From Alkalispirochaeta sp. (GTDB taxonomy: Bacteria; Spirochaetota; Spirochaetia; DSM-27196; Alkalispirochaetaceae): 64,000 bases of DNA. Both the position numbers and the translations under genes were made by a program. The notes below the pieces were generated by a model. The model was not told the origin of the DNA. It searched no databases and saw only the letters and a program-made list of their open reading frames with translations. Below are positions 48,180 to 58,800 of the stretch, piece after piece. The stretch spans positions 608,001 to 672,000 of the forward strand of contig OZ271854.1 of the NCBI GenBank assembly GCA_965601925.1, written 5' to 3'. Positions within the stretch are counted from its first letter, which is position 1, and each line of letters begins with the position of its first letter.

Positions 48180-48890
48180 CTAAAAGGGAAAGCCGAACAC
48201 CGGTCCCAATCCTACGGTGAACAACCAAAACCCATACACGCCGTGGAGCAGGCATAGCGACAAGAACCGTCGTGAACGCAGCCAATGGAGGGAGAAGACG
48301 TATCCACCGGCAAAGGTAAGGGCGTAGACGATCGGATGGTGCAGGATCGCATGGGCGATCGAGAACGAGACGGCGTTCAAGAGTAGCGCGAGCCATCGTC
48401 GGTCTCCCCACAGCACGCGATATCGGTCGAAAAAGACCACGCGAAACAGCGCCTCCTGCGGCGCAACCGAGCCCACGGTGTAGATGAACCAAAACAGGAG
48501 CCACCGACGCGGCGCTTCCCGGGGAGCGCTAAAGAGCAAATCGGGCCGAATCAGCGCGATCATTACTGCAGAGACGACGGCAAAGGCGAGAAACGTGATG
48601 CTGATAGCTGCGAAATCGGGCGGCAGACGACGCCGCACCCCCGACTCGGAGCGTTTGGTGCGGCCGACACGCCCGCCGCGCGACGTTTTGCGCGAGCGTC
48701 GTGCACGTATACCGACGACGGCGATCCAGACGATCGCGACCAAAAACGCCGGAACGTACCATCGGGGCCTCAAACCGGCAAGCGGGAGGGCCGGGATAAG
48801 CACATAAATGATAATGAACTCGACGGTTAGAGCGATGCGGCGGGCTGCGCGCGCTTCGTTGGTTCGAGACGCGTGTACATTATCGTTCAC
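48180..48890 (-). CDS. CPBP (CAAX/Abi) family intramembrane protease
   Basis: PQEALFR, FSIAH, LLHG; start uncertain. Confidence 0.8.
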   Translation of the reverse strand: MNDNVHASRTNEARAARRIALTVEFIIIYVLIPALPLAGLRPRWYVPAFLVAIVWIAVVGIRARRSRKTSRGGRVGRTKRSESGVRRRLPPDFAAISITFLAFAVVSAVMIALIRPDLLFSAPREAPRRWLLFWFIYTVGSVAPQEALFRVVFFDRYRVLWGDRRWLALLLNAVSFSIAHAILHHPIVYALTFAGGYVFSLHWLRSRRFLSLCLLHGVYGFWLFTVGLGPVFGFPF

Positions 48891-49028
48891 GGTGTGGTAC
48901 CGCCTCTCTCGCGTCACAGTAGGAGTGCCATATGCGGTCCATTGACTACCTCTCAAAATTAGTTGTATTGTAAAATATATCGTAAAGACGACGGTCGAGG
49001 GGCAGACCGTAACAATGGCTACGCAACA

Positions 49029-49847
49029 GTGAAAGCAAAAACAACCCGATACAACCTGCCCGCCGGCGTAAAGCGTCTTACACCGTCTACGAACTTCATC
49101 ATCGGAAGTGCCGTTGTTTCGGCGCTCATAGCGGTGTGGTGGATCATAGCGGCGCTCGAAGTTGTTCCGCGCCTGTTCGTCCCCCATCCGATGGAAGTCG
49201 TACGCGCTTTTCTCGATATTTTGATGTACGGCTATCGCGGCGGAACGCTTCTCTTTCACCTTCGTTCGAGTCTGTGGCGCGTCTTCGCAGGGTTTGCCCT
49301 CGCCGTTGTTACGGCGGTCCCCATCGGGTTATGGATGGGCCACAACCGCTTCATCTATGCCGCCTTCGATCCGATTCTACAGTTCTATCGCCCCCTGCCG
49401 CCGTTGGCCTACTACACGGTACTCATCCTGTGGCTCGGCATAGACAATGAGTCCAAGATTGCACTGCTCTATCTCGCCGCATTTCCACCGTTGGCGATCA
49501 GCGCCTCATCGGCGGTACGGAGTGTGTCCGAGGAGAAGCTCCACGCAGCGCGTTCCCTCGGCGCCGACGAGATGCAGGTGATGTGGCACGTCATCTTTCC
49601 GGCGTGTCTACCCCAGATTCTTACCGGCATGCGCGTGAGCGTCGGGTTCACCTACACCACGCTCGTCGCTTCGGAGATCGTCGCGGCTCAGTCGGGTATC
49701 GGCTGGATGGTGCTGGACGCGAGCAACTTCCTCAGGAGTGACGTCATATTCATGGGTATATTCGTAATGGGCATCACCGGGGTCCTGTTGGACCGTGGGA
49801 TCGTCCTTATCGAACGACGGCTGGTGCCGTGGAAAGGGAGAGAATAA
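49029..49847 (+). CDS. tauC: ABC transporter permease, TauC/SsuC family
   Basis: SLWRV, RPLPPLAY, AARSLGA loop, ASEIVAA. Confidence 0.8.
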   Translation: MKAKTTRYNLPAGVKRLTPSTNFIIGSAVVSALIAVWWIIAALEVVPRLFVPHPMEVVRAFLDILMYGYRGGTLLFHLRSSLWRVFAGFALAVVTAVPIGLWMGHNRFIYAAFDPILQFYRPLPPLAYYTVLILWLGIDNESKIALLYLAAFPPLAISASSAVRSVSEEKLHAARSLGADEMQVMWHVIFPACLPQILTGMRVSVGFTYTTLVASEIVAAQSGIGWMVLDASNFLRSDVIFMGIFVMGITGVLLDRGIVLIERRLVPWKGRE

Positions 49848-50878
49848 TGCAACGAAAAGTCATCGCGACGATAGTCGCTGTGTGGATCGCGGCGGTAGCG
49901 GCCGCTCCGCTCATGGCCGGAGGCGGTCAAGAGGCCGACTCGGGAATGCCCGAGGAGATCGTCATCGGGTTTCAGGCGATACCGAATGCGGAGATCATCG
50001 CCAAGAACCTCGGCTGGCACGAGGAGGCGCTGGGGATTCCGATCCGTTGGGTGCAGATCGACTCCGGACGCGACTTGAATACGGCGATCGCCGCCGGCGG
50101 CATGGATCTGGGCTTGGGCGGCTCGAGCACGACGGTCGCCGCGATCGCCCAAGGCGTGCCCGGCCAAGTGTTCTGGATCTACGACATCATAGGTGAGAAC
50201 GAGGCGTTGGTGGTCCGCGAGGACTCCGATATCCGCGAGGTCGCCGATCTCGTCGGCCGGCGCGTTGCGGCACCCTTCGGGGCGACGACGCACTATCATC
50301 TCTTGGCGGCGTTTCAGGAGTTCGGCGTAGATCCGGCGACGGTTGAGATCTTCGACATGCAGCCCCCGGAGATGCTCGCGGCGTGGCAGCGGGGAGATAT
50401 CGATGCCGGGTTCGTATGGGAGCCGACCCTCGCCCAAATGCTCGAGTTCGACGGGCGCGTCCTGATATCCAGCGGGGAGCTTGCCTCTCGCGGATACGTA
50501 ACCGGCGATATCGGTCTCGTGCGTACCGCCTTTGCGGAACGCTATCCCGAGGTGGTTTCGACCTATCTCGCGACGCTCCACCGCGCCGTTCAGTTCTACA
50601 GAACCAACCCCGATGAGGCCGCAGAGGCGGTGGCGCGTGAGTTCGGTATCGAGGTCGAAGAGGCGGCCAGGCAAATGGCGAGCCTCGTATGGGTAGACGG
50701 CGAGGAACAGCTCGGCGAGGAGTATCTGGGTACGCCCGGCGCAATCGGCAATCTCGCCGACGTATTCGTGGCGACGGGGCAATTTCTCTTCGAGCAGGGA
50801 ACCATCACAAGCGCCCCCTCGCGAGCGGTATTCGAAGAGGCGATCAATCCACAGTATCTCGAGGAGGCGCTTCAATAG
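49847..50878 (+). CDS. tauA: ABC transporter substrate-binding protein, TauA-like
   Basis: Signal peptide then AGGGQE; DSG, EALVV, PFGATTHY, AAWQRGDIDA, VWEP. Confidence 0.78.
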   Translation: MQRKVIATIVAVWIAAVAAAPLMAGGGQEADSGMPEEIVIGFQAIPNAEIIAKNLGWHEEALGIPIRWVQIDSGRDLNTAIAAGGMDLGLGGSSTTVAAIAQGVPGQVFWIYDIIGENEALVVREDSDIREVADLVGRRVAAPFGATTHYHLLAAFQEFGVDPATVEIFDMQPPEMLAAWQRGDIDAGFVWEPTLAQMLEFDGRVLISSGELASRGYVTGDIGLVRTAFAERYPEVVSTYLATLHRAVQFYRTNPDEAAEAVAREFGIEVEEAARQMASLVWVDGEEQLGEEYLGTPGAIGNLADVFVATGQFLFEQGTITSAPSRAVFEEAINPQYLEEALQ

Positions 50879-51651
50879 CCCCTCCGCTTATCTCATTTCG
50901 CGACGCCTCGGTCGTCTTCCCTACCCGGGGAGGCGGCGTCGAGGCGCTCAAAAACATCAATCTCGAGGTACAGCCGGGAGATTTTGTGTGCGTGGTGGGG
51001 CCGTCGGGAAGCGGCAAGACGACGCTCCTGCGCCTCATTGCCGGCTTTCTCACACCGACGGGGGGCGACGTCCGCTTTCAGGGAAGCGCCATACGCGAAC
51101 CGGGGTGGGAACGCGGCGTCGTATTCCAGAGCGCGTCGCTGTATCCGTGGCTCTCGGTCTATCGCAACGTGGAGTTCGGTCCCCGGATGCGCGGCATGGC
51201 AAAGGGTGAACGCCGCGAGTCGGTCGAACGCTATCTGCGGATGGTGAAGCTGTGGGACTATCGCCATCGCCACCCGCACGAGCTCTCCGGCGGCATGCGT
51301 CAGCGCGTCGCAATCGCGCGAGTGCTCGCCAACGAGCCGCAAGTGCTCCTCATGGATGAACCGCTGGGCGCTTTGGACGCCCTGACGCGCGAGCACTTGC
51401 AAGAGGAGCTTCTGGAAATCTGGCGCTCGACGGGAAAGACCGTCGTATTAGTGACTCACAGCGTAGAGGAGGCGGTTTTTCTTGCGACCCATATCGTGGT
51501 GCTCTCCTCGCAGCCCGGTACCATTCTGGCGACGGTGTGTCCGCCCTTCAGCCGCTCCGAGACGGCCGGCCGCGGGCGCGCCATCAAGTCCGACGCGGCC
51601 TTCGTCACGCTTCGCGAAGAGGTGCTCCAGCATATCTGGACGTCTCACTGA
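50875..51651 (+). CDS. tauB: ABC transporter ATP-binding protein, TauB/SsuB family
   Basis: GPSGSGKT, LSGGM, LLMDEP; best start is an ATA after GAGGAGG. Confidence 0.82.
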   Translation: MAPPLISFRDASVVFPTRGGGVEALKNINLEVQPGDFVCVVGPSGSGKTTLLRLIAGFLTPTGGDVRFQGSAIREPGWERGVVFQSASLYPWLSVYRNVEFGPRMRGMAKGERRESVERYLRMVKLWDYRHRHPHELSGGMRQRVAIARVLANEPQVLLMDEPLGALDALTREHLQEELLEIWRSTGKTVVLVTHSVEEAVFLATHIVVLSSQPGTILATVCPPFSRSETAGRGRAIKSDAAFVTLREEVLQHIWTSH

Positions 51652-51689
51652 GGCGTCCGCTCCTTCGCCACGCACGCTGCGTTGACCTA

Positions 51690-52358
51690 TCAAGAAGCCG
51701 GTTGCGAGAAAACGAGTAGCGGCATCGCACTACGAACCAGCGCTTCCACGTCGTCAATTACGTCCCCGGACAGCCACTGATCCTTTGACAAGTTCCGTCT
51801 CACGAGCAGGCTTCTCAAACGGATGTAATCCGCATGACGATGTCCGTCATGACGTGAGTATCCACGCGGCATAGCTGCGAGCGCATCACCGCGATCCACC
51901 GCAAGACCGGCTTCGTTAAGCGAGCGCAATACGAGGTCGAACGCGCCGGCCCGTTCAATGATCGCATCCCGGATCGGCGTGAGTTGCCGGGGCGAGAGTC
52001 GGTGAAAACCGGTCGATGCAAATCCCCCTTTCACGTCGATCTGCAGGTAAAGCAGCCCGGCCTCGTTCGATTTTTTACCGGACGGGCTCATCAAGCCGTT
52101 TACATGGGTATTGTACGGCGTCTTGTCTTTTGAGAAACGTACATCGCGATGAATGCGATACATAGATTGTCGACCGCCCCGTAGCGGATAGTCGGCATCC
52201 CCCAGTCTATCGTTCAACGCATCGATCACCCGTACGAACGGGATTTCTAAGAGGCTCCTGAACGCGTCCTTGTTTGAGGCGAACCACTCACGGTTATTGT
52301 TGTTCTCCAAGTCCTTCAGAAAAACAAAACTCTCCTCAGAGAATCCCAGTGTCTTCAT
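51690..52358 (-). CDS. DUF2461 family protein
   Basis: NNNREWF, RIHRDVRFSKDKTPY. Confidence 0.88.
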   Translation of the reverse strand: MKTLGFSEESFVFLKDLENNNNREWFASNKDAFRSLLEIPFVRVIDALNDRLGDADYPLRGGRQSMYRIHRDVRFSKDKTPYNTHVNGLMSPSGKKSNEAGLLYLQIDVKGGFASTGFHRLSPRQLTPIRDAIIERAGAFDLVLRSLNEAGLAVDRGDALAAMPRGYSRHDGHRHADYIRLRSLLVRRNLSKDQWLSGDVIDDVEALVRSAMPLLVFSQPAS

Positions 52359-52489
52359 CTACAATCCTTTTGAGCCACGGACGTTCTCTGCGGGCTCTCG
52401 CGTTGAACCTGTTGAGTTCGACCGATGGAGGTGCGTCGATCGCGCACCGACGCACCGTCCCGAGAGACTCTCGGCGAAATCGCGGATGC

Positions 52490-53248
52490 TCAGAACATCC
52501 CATTGTCATGCACCATCTCGGTCGGGATCTCCTGTACCGTATCCCAATGTTCCACGATCCTTCCGTCGGCGACGCGAAAGAGGTCATAGAACACATGCGG
52601 TGTACCGGCGATGCGCCCCTCGCTCTGAAGAAGAACGAAGTTGCCCTCGGCTATCGAACGATGGGTCTTGATTAGCTCGAAGGGAATAGTATTTTCTTGG
52701 ATATGGTCGAGGAAACCCATCAACCCTTCCGCACCATCCGCAATGCCGGGATTGTGTTGGTGATAGGTTTCGCCCAGATACTCTCCGAGCCTCTCCGTCC
52801 TTCCGTCGATCAAGATCTCTTGGTAGAAATCGACGACCAGTTTTCTGTTCTGCTCGGTCCGATCGAGATCGGTGATTTCGGTCGGCCCATCGATCATCGA
52901 TCGGCCGGACACCGTCGTATCCGGTGGTTCTTGGATTCCGTCCCAATGCTCCACGGCCACACCGTCCCGAAATGCGAACACATCGAATGCAGCGGATTCG
53001 CCCACGCCGGTATGGCGTCCGTGAACGGCGACGACATCTCCATCGGCGATTATGCGCACGGGCTCGACCGTGAAACTCCCGCCCTCGGACTGCAGGTGCT
53101 TCACCATGCCGATCAGCCCCTCGCGGCCGTCGGGGACCCGTGGATTGTGCTGCTTGTAGTCCTCGGCGACGATGTGTTCAAGAAAGTCGGTGTCTCCGCC
53201 GGCGATACCTCTTACCAGTATGTCAACGGCGTTCTGTCGGTTGTTCAT
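52490..53248 (-). CDS. Tandem SnoaL/NTF2-like domain protein
   Basis: Two repeats of YxQHNP..DG and EHWD. Confidence 0.85.
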   Translation of the reverse strand: MNNRQNAVDILVRGIAGGDTDFLEHIVAEDYKQHNPRVPDGREGLIGMVKHLQSEGGSFTVEPVRIIADGDVVAVHGRHTGVGESAAFDVFAFRDGVAVEHWDGIQEPPDTTVSGRSMIDGPTEITDLDRTEQNRKLVVDFYQEILIDGRTERLGEYLGETYHQHNPGIADGAEGLMGFLDHIQENTIPFELIKTHRSIAEGNFVLLQSEGRIAGTPHVFYDLFRVADGRIVEHWDTVQEIPTEMVHDNGMF

Positions 53249-53272
53249 ATGATGGCGCCTCCTGTATCGATA

Positions 53273-53296
53273 AGTAACTTAGTTACTATTAGTAAC
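53273..53296. promoter_or_regulatory. Candidate HxlR operator
   Basis: AGTAAC-TTA-GTTACT-ATT-AGTAAC between the divergent genes. Confidence 0.6.
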
Positions 53297-53340
53297 AACA
53301 TCCAAGAGAAATTGCAAGCAGACTCGGAAAGGTCACAACC

Positions 53341-53733
53341 ATGAGCAAGCGTACTCCGCCGAACATCGCTCCCGACGAGTTCTATGACACCGCGTGCTGC
53401 CCTATACGAGGCGTCCTGGCCCACATCGGGGACAAGTGGAGCCTGCTCGTCATCACCCATCTTGGTTTCGGGCGGCATCGGTTTTCCGAGTTGTTGAACG
53501 CCCTACCGGACATCTCGCAGCGAATGCTCACTCAGACGCTCCGTAAGCTGGAGCGTGAAGGGTTGGTATCCCGAACGGTCAACCCGACTACGCCTCCTCG
53601 CGTCGATTACGCGCTCACCGACCTCGGGCGGTCGCTGGTCGATCCGCTCACCACACTGTCGCGTTGGGCGAAATCGAGAAAAGCGGAGATCGAGGGAGCA
53701 CGGGCGGCGTTCGACCGCAGGTCCGAGGAGTGA
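53341..53733 (+). CDS. HxlR family transcriptional regulator
   Basis: CPI...IGDKWSLL...RFSEL...ISQRMLTQTLRKLE...PPRVDYALT. Confidence 0.92.
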   Translation: MSKRTPPNIAPDEFYDTACCPIRGVLAHIGDKWSLLVITHLGFGRHRFSELLNALPDISQRMLTQTLRKLEREGLVSRTVNPTTPPRVDYALTDLGRSLVDPLTTLSRWAKSRKAEIEGARAAFDRRSEE

Positions 53734-54263
53734 GCGATCGTTCCACTGTACGCCTGCAGGTCACCCGCACGGTATGCCGCCGTCACCGTCCGGGCGGCAA
53801 AGAGGTGGATAGAGTGTCGGAAGATATAGCGATCGACTCACATGGTCCCCATCGGGGAGATACGGTAGATCCGAATGAAATCGGAACGATCTACTTCGGT
53901 ACGCGGATTGAAAACATGGTCATGCTCGACCGCGACGGCATTAGTCGACCGATCAGTGTATTCGACGACCTCCCGCGAAGTTCCCGAAATCGCACGAACG
54001 TCACCGCCGTCATCCCGAAACGGTTCGCCCGCTCCCTTCGTCGACCGCCGGTCGACAAGAAAATCGACGGTATTCCGCAGGAGTACTACTCGTTGGCGCT
54101 ACACCCGTTCATCGCCGCAATTGAACCGGACATGATAGCGGGCTGGATCGTCGGTCCGGAAACGGTAGCCGTGATTCAGAAGGAGATGGACTCCGGTACG
54201 CTGTCACCGCGATCAATATGGGACGTGACATCACTCCGACCGATGCAACCGTCCGAGGCGTAA
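53730..54263 (+). CDS. Hypothetical protein
   Basis: ORF with protein-like composition filling the gap; GTGA overlap with hxlR; start uncertain. Confidence 0.45.
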   Translation: MSDRSTVRLQVTRTVCRRHRPGGKEVDRVSEDIAIDSHGPHRGDTVDPNEIGTIYFGTRIENMVMLDRDGISRPISVFDDLPRSSRNRTNVTAVIPKRFARSLRRPPVDKKIDGIPQEYYSLALHPFIAAIEPDMIAGWIVGPETVAVIQKEMDSGTLSPRSIWDVTSLRPMQPSEA

Positions 54264-54442
54264 GCACCCGAGTCCGGCGGTACCGGAGACGCGAAACGCG
54301 GACAGGTCCGGTCCACCGTCGCAACACCATATAACAGGTGCGCCGCGCCGATCGTCCACCGCTCCGCTTCCGGCAGCATCGTGCAGGCCGGCCGGACGGT
54401 ATGCCGCTTTCGAATAACTCGTCCGTTTGGCGGATCATTTTT

Positions 54443-54491
54443 AGTTGACACGGCAACTTTTTCGCATCATATTAGTATCCATGGAAACTAA
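54443..54491 (+). promoter_or_regulatory. Sigma70 promoter with two MarR-type operator palindromes
   Basis: TTGACA (54445), 17 nt, CATATT; AGTTG-N6-CAACT over the -35; TTAGTATCCATGGAAACTAA over the ATG. Confidence 0.65.
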
Positions 54492-54951
54492 ATCGAGTTT
54501 GGGCGGATCGTACGCCGGTAAGAGTCAATCGGCCCCGTTGATAATCGGCAAATTGTTGAACATCGGCGGCATGCTCCAACGCCACGGCAACAGACTTCTC
54601 AAATCGTTCGGCCTGAATCAGCAACAGTTCTCAGTTCTCTATGAGATCGCGAAAGCTCATAACGTCAACCAAACCACCATGGTCAACCGCCTCGCTCTGG
54701 AAAAAGCTCATGTATCCAAAGTTGTCAAGAAGCTGAATCAGATGGGTCTGGTCGCAATCAAGACGTCGGCGGAAGACCGCCGCTCGACGTGGTTGGAGCC
54801 GACCTCAACGGGCGATCGGCTGATAGGCGAATGTATGACGGTGTTCGAGCAATGGAATGAGAAATGGATCGAAGCATTCGATCAAGAAGAGCTGGATTCG
54901 ATGGTCAACCATCTGACACAGCTACAATCCGTCTTCAGGGAAAACACGTAG
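54481..54951 (+). CDS. MarR family transcriptional regulator
   Basis: GLNQQQFSVL, VSKVVKKL, EDRRS. Confidence 0.88.
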   Translation: METKSSLGGSYAGKSQSAPLIIGKLLNIGGMLQRHGNRLLKSFGLNQQQFSVLYEIAKAHNVNQTTMVNRLALEKAHVSKVVKKLNQMGLVAIKTSAEDRRSTWLEPTSTGDRLIGECMTVFEQWNEKWIEAFDQEELDSMVNHLTQLQSVFRENT

Positions 54952-54971
54952 ATCGACAAGGAGATCGCACG

Positions 54972-55367
54972 ATGGAACGAAGAATCATTAACCCATGGAC
55001 CTGGCAGGATCAGTTTGGCTTCGTTCAGGCGAACGAGGTCACCGACGCGGAACGCACCCTATTTACCGCGGGTATCGTATCGGTTGATCAAGACGGGAAC
55101 CTCCTTCACCCCGGCGATATGGAGAGACAGATCGATCAAACACTCGACAACATGGAAACGTTGGTTCGGCAGGCCGGTTTTCAGCTTTCGGATGTCGTCC
55201 GATTCACCTACTACACAACGGACGTTGAAGCATTCGCGAGCGCCGGACACGTGCTGGGCACACGCCTGGCCGACGCGGCCTGTCGGCCCGCGACCTCTTT
55301 GATTGGTGTCGCCGCGCTATTCCATCCGGACTGCGTCGTTGAGATCGAAGCGGTCGCGTCACGTTAG
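54972..55367 (+). CDS. RidA family protein
   Basis: INPWTWQD, DVVRFTYYTTD, PATSLIGVAAL, VEIEAVA. Confidence 0.88.
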   Translation: MERRIINPWTWQDQFGFVQANEVTDAERTLFTAGIVSVDQDGNLLHPGDMERQIDQTLDNMETLVRQAGFQLSDVVRFTYYTTDVEAFASAGHVLGTRLADAACRPATSLIGVAALFHPDCVVEIEAVASR

Positions 55368-55499
55368 TCGGACGGCAAATCCCGGGTGGTTGGAGTAACA
55401 CGCGTACACGGCGGCCCCGTGTGGCCGGGACCGGTCGGACCGATATAACTCTGGGTGAAAGTGAGCGGCACTGCTATAATGAGACATGCGAGGGCTTCC

Positions 55500-55799
55500 G
55501 TGTACACAGCAATGATGCAATACCGACGCCTACCGGAACGGCTCGAGAAGAGGTGCGCAACGCGGCTACGGGAAGGGCTGGATATCGCGCGCGGACACGA
55601 CGGATTCGTGCGGATGAAGCGCTACTCTCGCCCCACCGACGAGGTGCTCGCGATCGGCCGGTGGAAATCCCGCGACCACGCCGAAGCGTGCCTCAAGACC
55701 GGGGGCTTCCGGAGACATCTTCACCGACTGAGCGGTATGACGACCGAATCGTCGACTCCCGTTCGCGGGGAGCTCCGGAGTTTCGCCTCTGCCGTGTAG
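55500..55799 (+). CDS. ABM-like small protein (possibly degenerate)
   Basis: DGFVRM...LAIGRWKSRDHAEA pattern. Confidence 0.5.
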   Translation: MYTAMMQYRRLPERLEKRCATRLREGLDIARGHDGFVRMKRYSRPTDEVLAIGRWKSRDHAEACLKTGGFRRHLHRLSGMTTESSTPVRGELRSFASAV

Positions 55800-55844
55800 T
55801 CTGCGGCGGCTCGTCGCGGCCGGACGCCCAAGAAGGACACCACA

Positions 55845-58800
55845 ATGAACAACACCGACTCCCCAGCGCTGAACCGAGCAATGACCGAGGAACTTGTCGT
55901 CGCGGTCAAACGCGTCATAACGTCGGAGGATCACCGGCGCCGTGCAAGAACACTGGCGAAGATGGTGCTCGGTGCGCGGCCGACCGGACGCGACGGAGCG
56001 TTCGCGCGGGTCCGGTTCGGCATCTGGATGCCTGGGATAGCAGACGGGAAACTCGCCGATCGTCTCGAAGATATCCGGCTCGAGATTTTCCGCTTCGCGG
56101 ACCCGTTCGACTTCGCAGAGTTACCGTCGGGGACGAGCGTTTCCAAGGAGGCGTACGTCGCGGCCGTCAGGCTCGAGGCGGTCGGCGACTACCTGGTCGG
56201 TGAAGTCGACGGCGTCGTGGCCGGCGATCGCACGACCCTCGGCGACCTCTACTGGCTGCGCTATGACGACGGCGAACGACGTCACATCATTCGCGACCCC
56301 CTTGCGGCGTCGCTGCCCTTCGGAATCTACGCGCCCGCGGAGGTATTCGACGTCACGACGATGCTCGCCGGCCGCCGCGATATGGAGTACTTCCGCACCC
56401 ATAACGCACGACAATTCTCCGACGGCACCTATCGCGCACACGACGTTGGAATGCATCTCGAAATTCACACCGAGACGGCCACGAGCGAGCGGACGTTTGC
56501 GGCCCTTACCGAACGCTACCGGCGGATCGGAGAATCGATCCAAGAGGCTCTGGACGCCGGCGAGGAGCCGTACGCTCGTCTTAGCCCGGCCGACCGGATG
56601 TTCGTCGGGTTCGACTCGGTCGAGCTGACGCCCGAAGTACCGCCGGCGGAGCGCGAAGGGGTCGCCGAACGCTCGGGTGAGTTCTTTCGGATTTCCGACG
56701 GCGTCGATACGGCGCCGTCGGACGCCGAGGCCGGTGCGATAACGATCGCTCTCTCCCGCCCGGACATCTCCAACTGGGGGTACGATACGCCGATCCTGGG
56801 GTCGGCGGCGGTCAATCCGTCGGTCCTGCGCACCGTGCGGCCGAACGAGTTTCTCGAGTTCGTCGAGACGCTCCACACCATGCCGTACCGGCCGATCCAG
56901 CTGTGCATCGACTCGGTCCTCGGGCACTGCGACTTCCAGGGCGCCCGTCTCCTTCAGACCTTCGAGCGGGTTTCGACCGATCACGACGACCTCCAACATG
57001 TGAACAGCGCGTACCTGCGCGGAGCTAACATGTACGGACGGGATATCGATTTCGGGCGGCCCGAAGTACAGGCGTTGCTCTTGGAGCTGTTGGAACGGAA
57101 GCTCGCGTACGGGTTCGACGCCGTAAGGGTCGACGGCGCGCAAGACTTCGTCGCCGATCGCGATCCGGTCTCGGGGATGCGCATCCAGAACGACGCCTTC
57201 CTGAATGAAATGGCCAACATCGTCGTCGACATCAACGGAATCCGACGCCGTCCCGACTTCAATCTCGAAGACGGTAGGCCGTGGCCCGACGACATCAACT
57301 GGCTCTACAACTCGAAGTACCTCGACCACACGATAGAACGTACCCTTCCGTTCGGCGACCGGGTCAAACAGTGGAGCCCGATTATCTTCGCCCACAACGT
57401 GCACGGGAAGTTCAAGTGGTTCTTCTCCAAGTGGGATCGGTTCGTCGAGGTGTTTCGCTACGGCGCGCACTGGATTACCGGCAACAGCAACCACGATAAC
57501 GCCCGCTATTTCTATCGCATGACCAAGATGACACCCGCATCCGAGTACCGCACCGGCGACGCGTTCGAGAACTATTACAACGATGAGCTGGGTGCGACGA
57601 TGCGGGAGGTGGCGCACAACGCGCTGGACCACGGGGCGCTCACGGCGCTGACGCTCGGCTTCCTGCCGGGGCACCCGATGTTCATGCTCAACGTCCTGTT
57701 TCATACGCCGTGGACGTTCATGCGCGATATCGATCGGACCTACGACGTCAAAATCGCCGCCGAAGAGGGTTCGCGCTATTTCACCTGGTACGTCGACGAG
57801 ACCCTGTACCGCAAAGAGGGGTTTTACACGCGTCTCAAGGCGCTCGGGTTCACGACCGTTCGCTCCCTCGTGGCGCCGCCGGCGGAGAAGGCGCGTCACC
57901 CCGGGTTTGCCGATCGGCTGGATCAGCTCCGATCGGAGGTGAAGACCGAAGCGCTCGCCGCTCGATATCTCTTCGACGATCCGGAAGAGGGTGGAGGCTA
58001 CGGAGATGCGCTGGCGCTCGAACACGCCCTTGAACGGCTCCGCGCCGCCGGAGAGACCAACGCGCATTGGAGCGCGATGGCCTGCCGGATCGCCGGCGAC
58101 CCCCGCGCGTCGGAACATCGAGTCGCGGCCGCGCGCGCGCTGTTCGACAAGAGCCTGACGTGGCTGATGCGGCGCATTCCACGCGTCGGCGCCGCGCGCG
58201 CCGCCGTCCTGACTCGAATGGTCGAGAAACTGAAGGTACTGGCAAGCTGCAGCGATCGTGAGCTCGCGTTGTTAATTGAGGACGCCGACTGCATCGACGA
58301 CTACAACCCCGCACGTTGGTCGACCGACGCCGAACTCGTTCGCGAGGCGCCCAGAGCGATGCGCGACGATCGCGACATGATCGCGAGCGGGATGCTCTCC
58401 AAGTACGCCCGCGCCTTCATGTTGGATGCGCGCGACGCCGCAACGATCACCGCCTTCGAGGACGATGTCGACGATGCCGGGTCGGCGTACCGTCTCGCGC
58501 TACGCGCATTTCGCAGCCGACATCGCTGGCTCGCGGCAAACCCGAGCAACGACGTACGTCGCGACTATTTTGCCCGCAAGCTCCTGCCGAACGGCGCCAA
58601 GGACACCGGAGATTGGGGCGACACCGGCGACATCGTCAACTGCAACACGATCTACTACGGATGGCGCACCAGCCCCGATAATCGCGAGCAGGTGTTTGCG
58701 ATCGCAAACATGGAGGGTTCACCGGTCGACGTGTGTCCGCTCTCTCTGTTTATGAACTTCTCCGGCGAATGGACCGTCGCGATCGCCTCCCCGTCGATGA

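Noticed and set aside
48180..48890. CPBP/Abi protease as an abortive-infection gene
   Set aside because: The Abi label for this family refers to CAAX-type proteases; no defence context.
49688..50875. 395 aa antisense ORF opposite tauA (similar cases at 4851-5951, 33351-34244, 43631-44509)
   Set aside because: Fully overlaps well supported genes on the other strand; no family features.
56121..58118. 665 aa antisense ORF opposite the gghA-like gene
   Set aside because: Shadow ORF expected from high-GC codon bias; no motifs.
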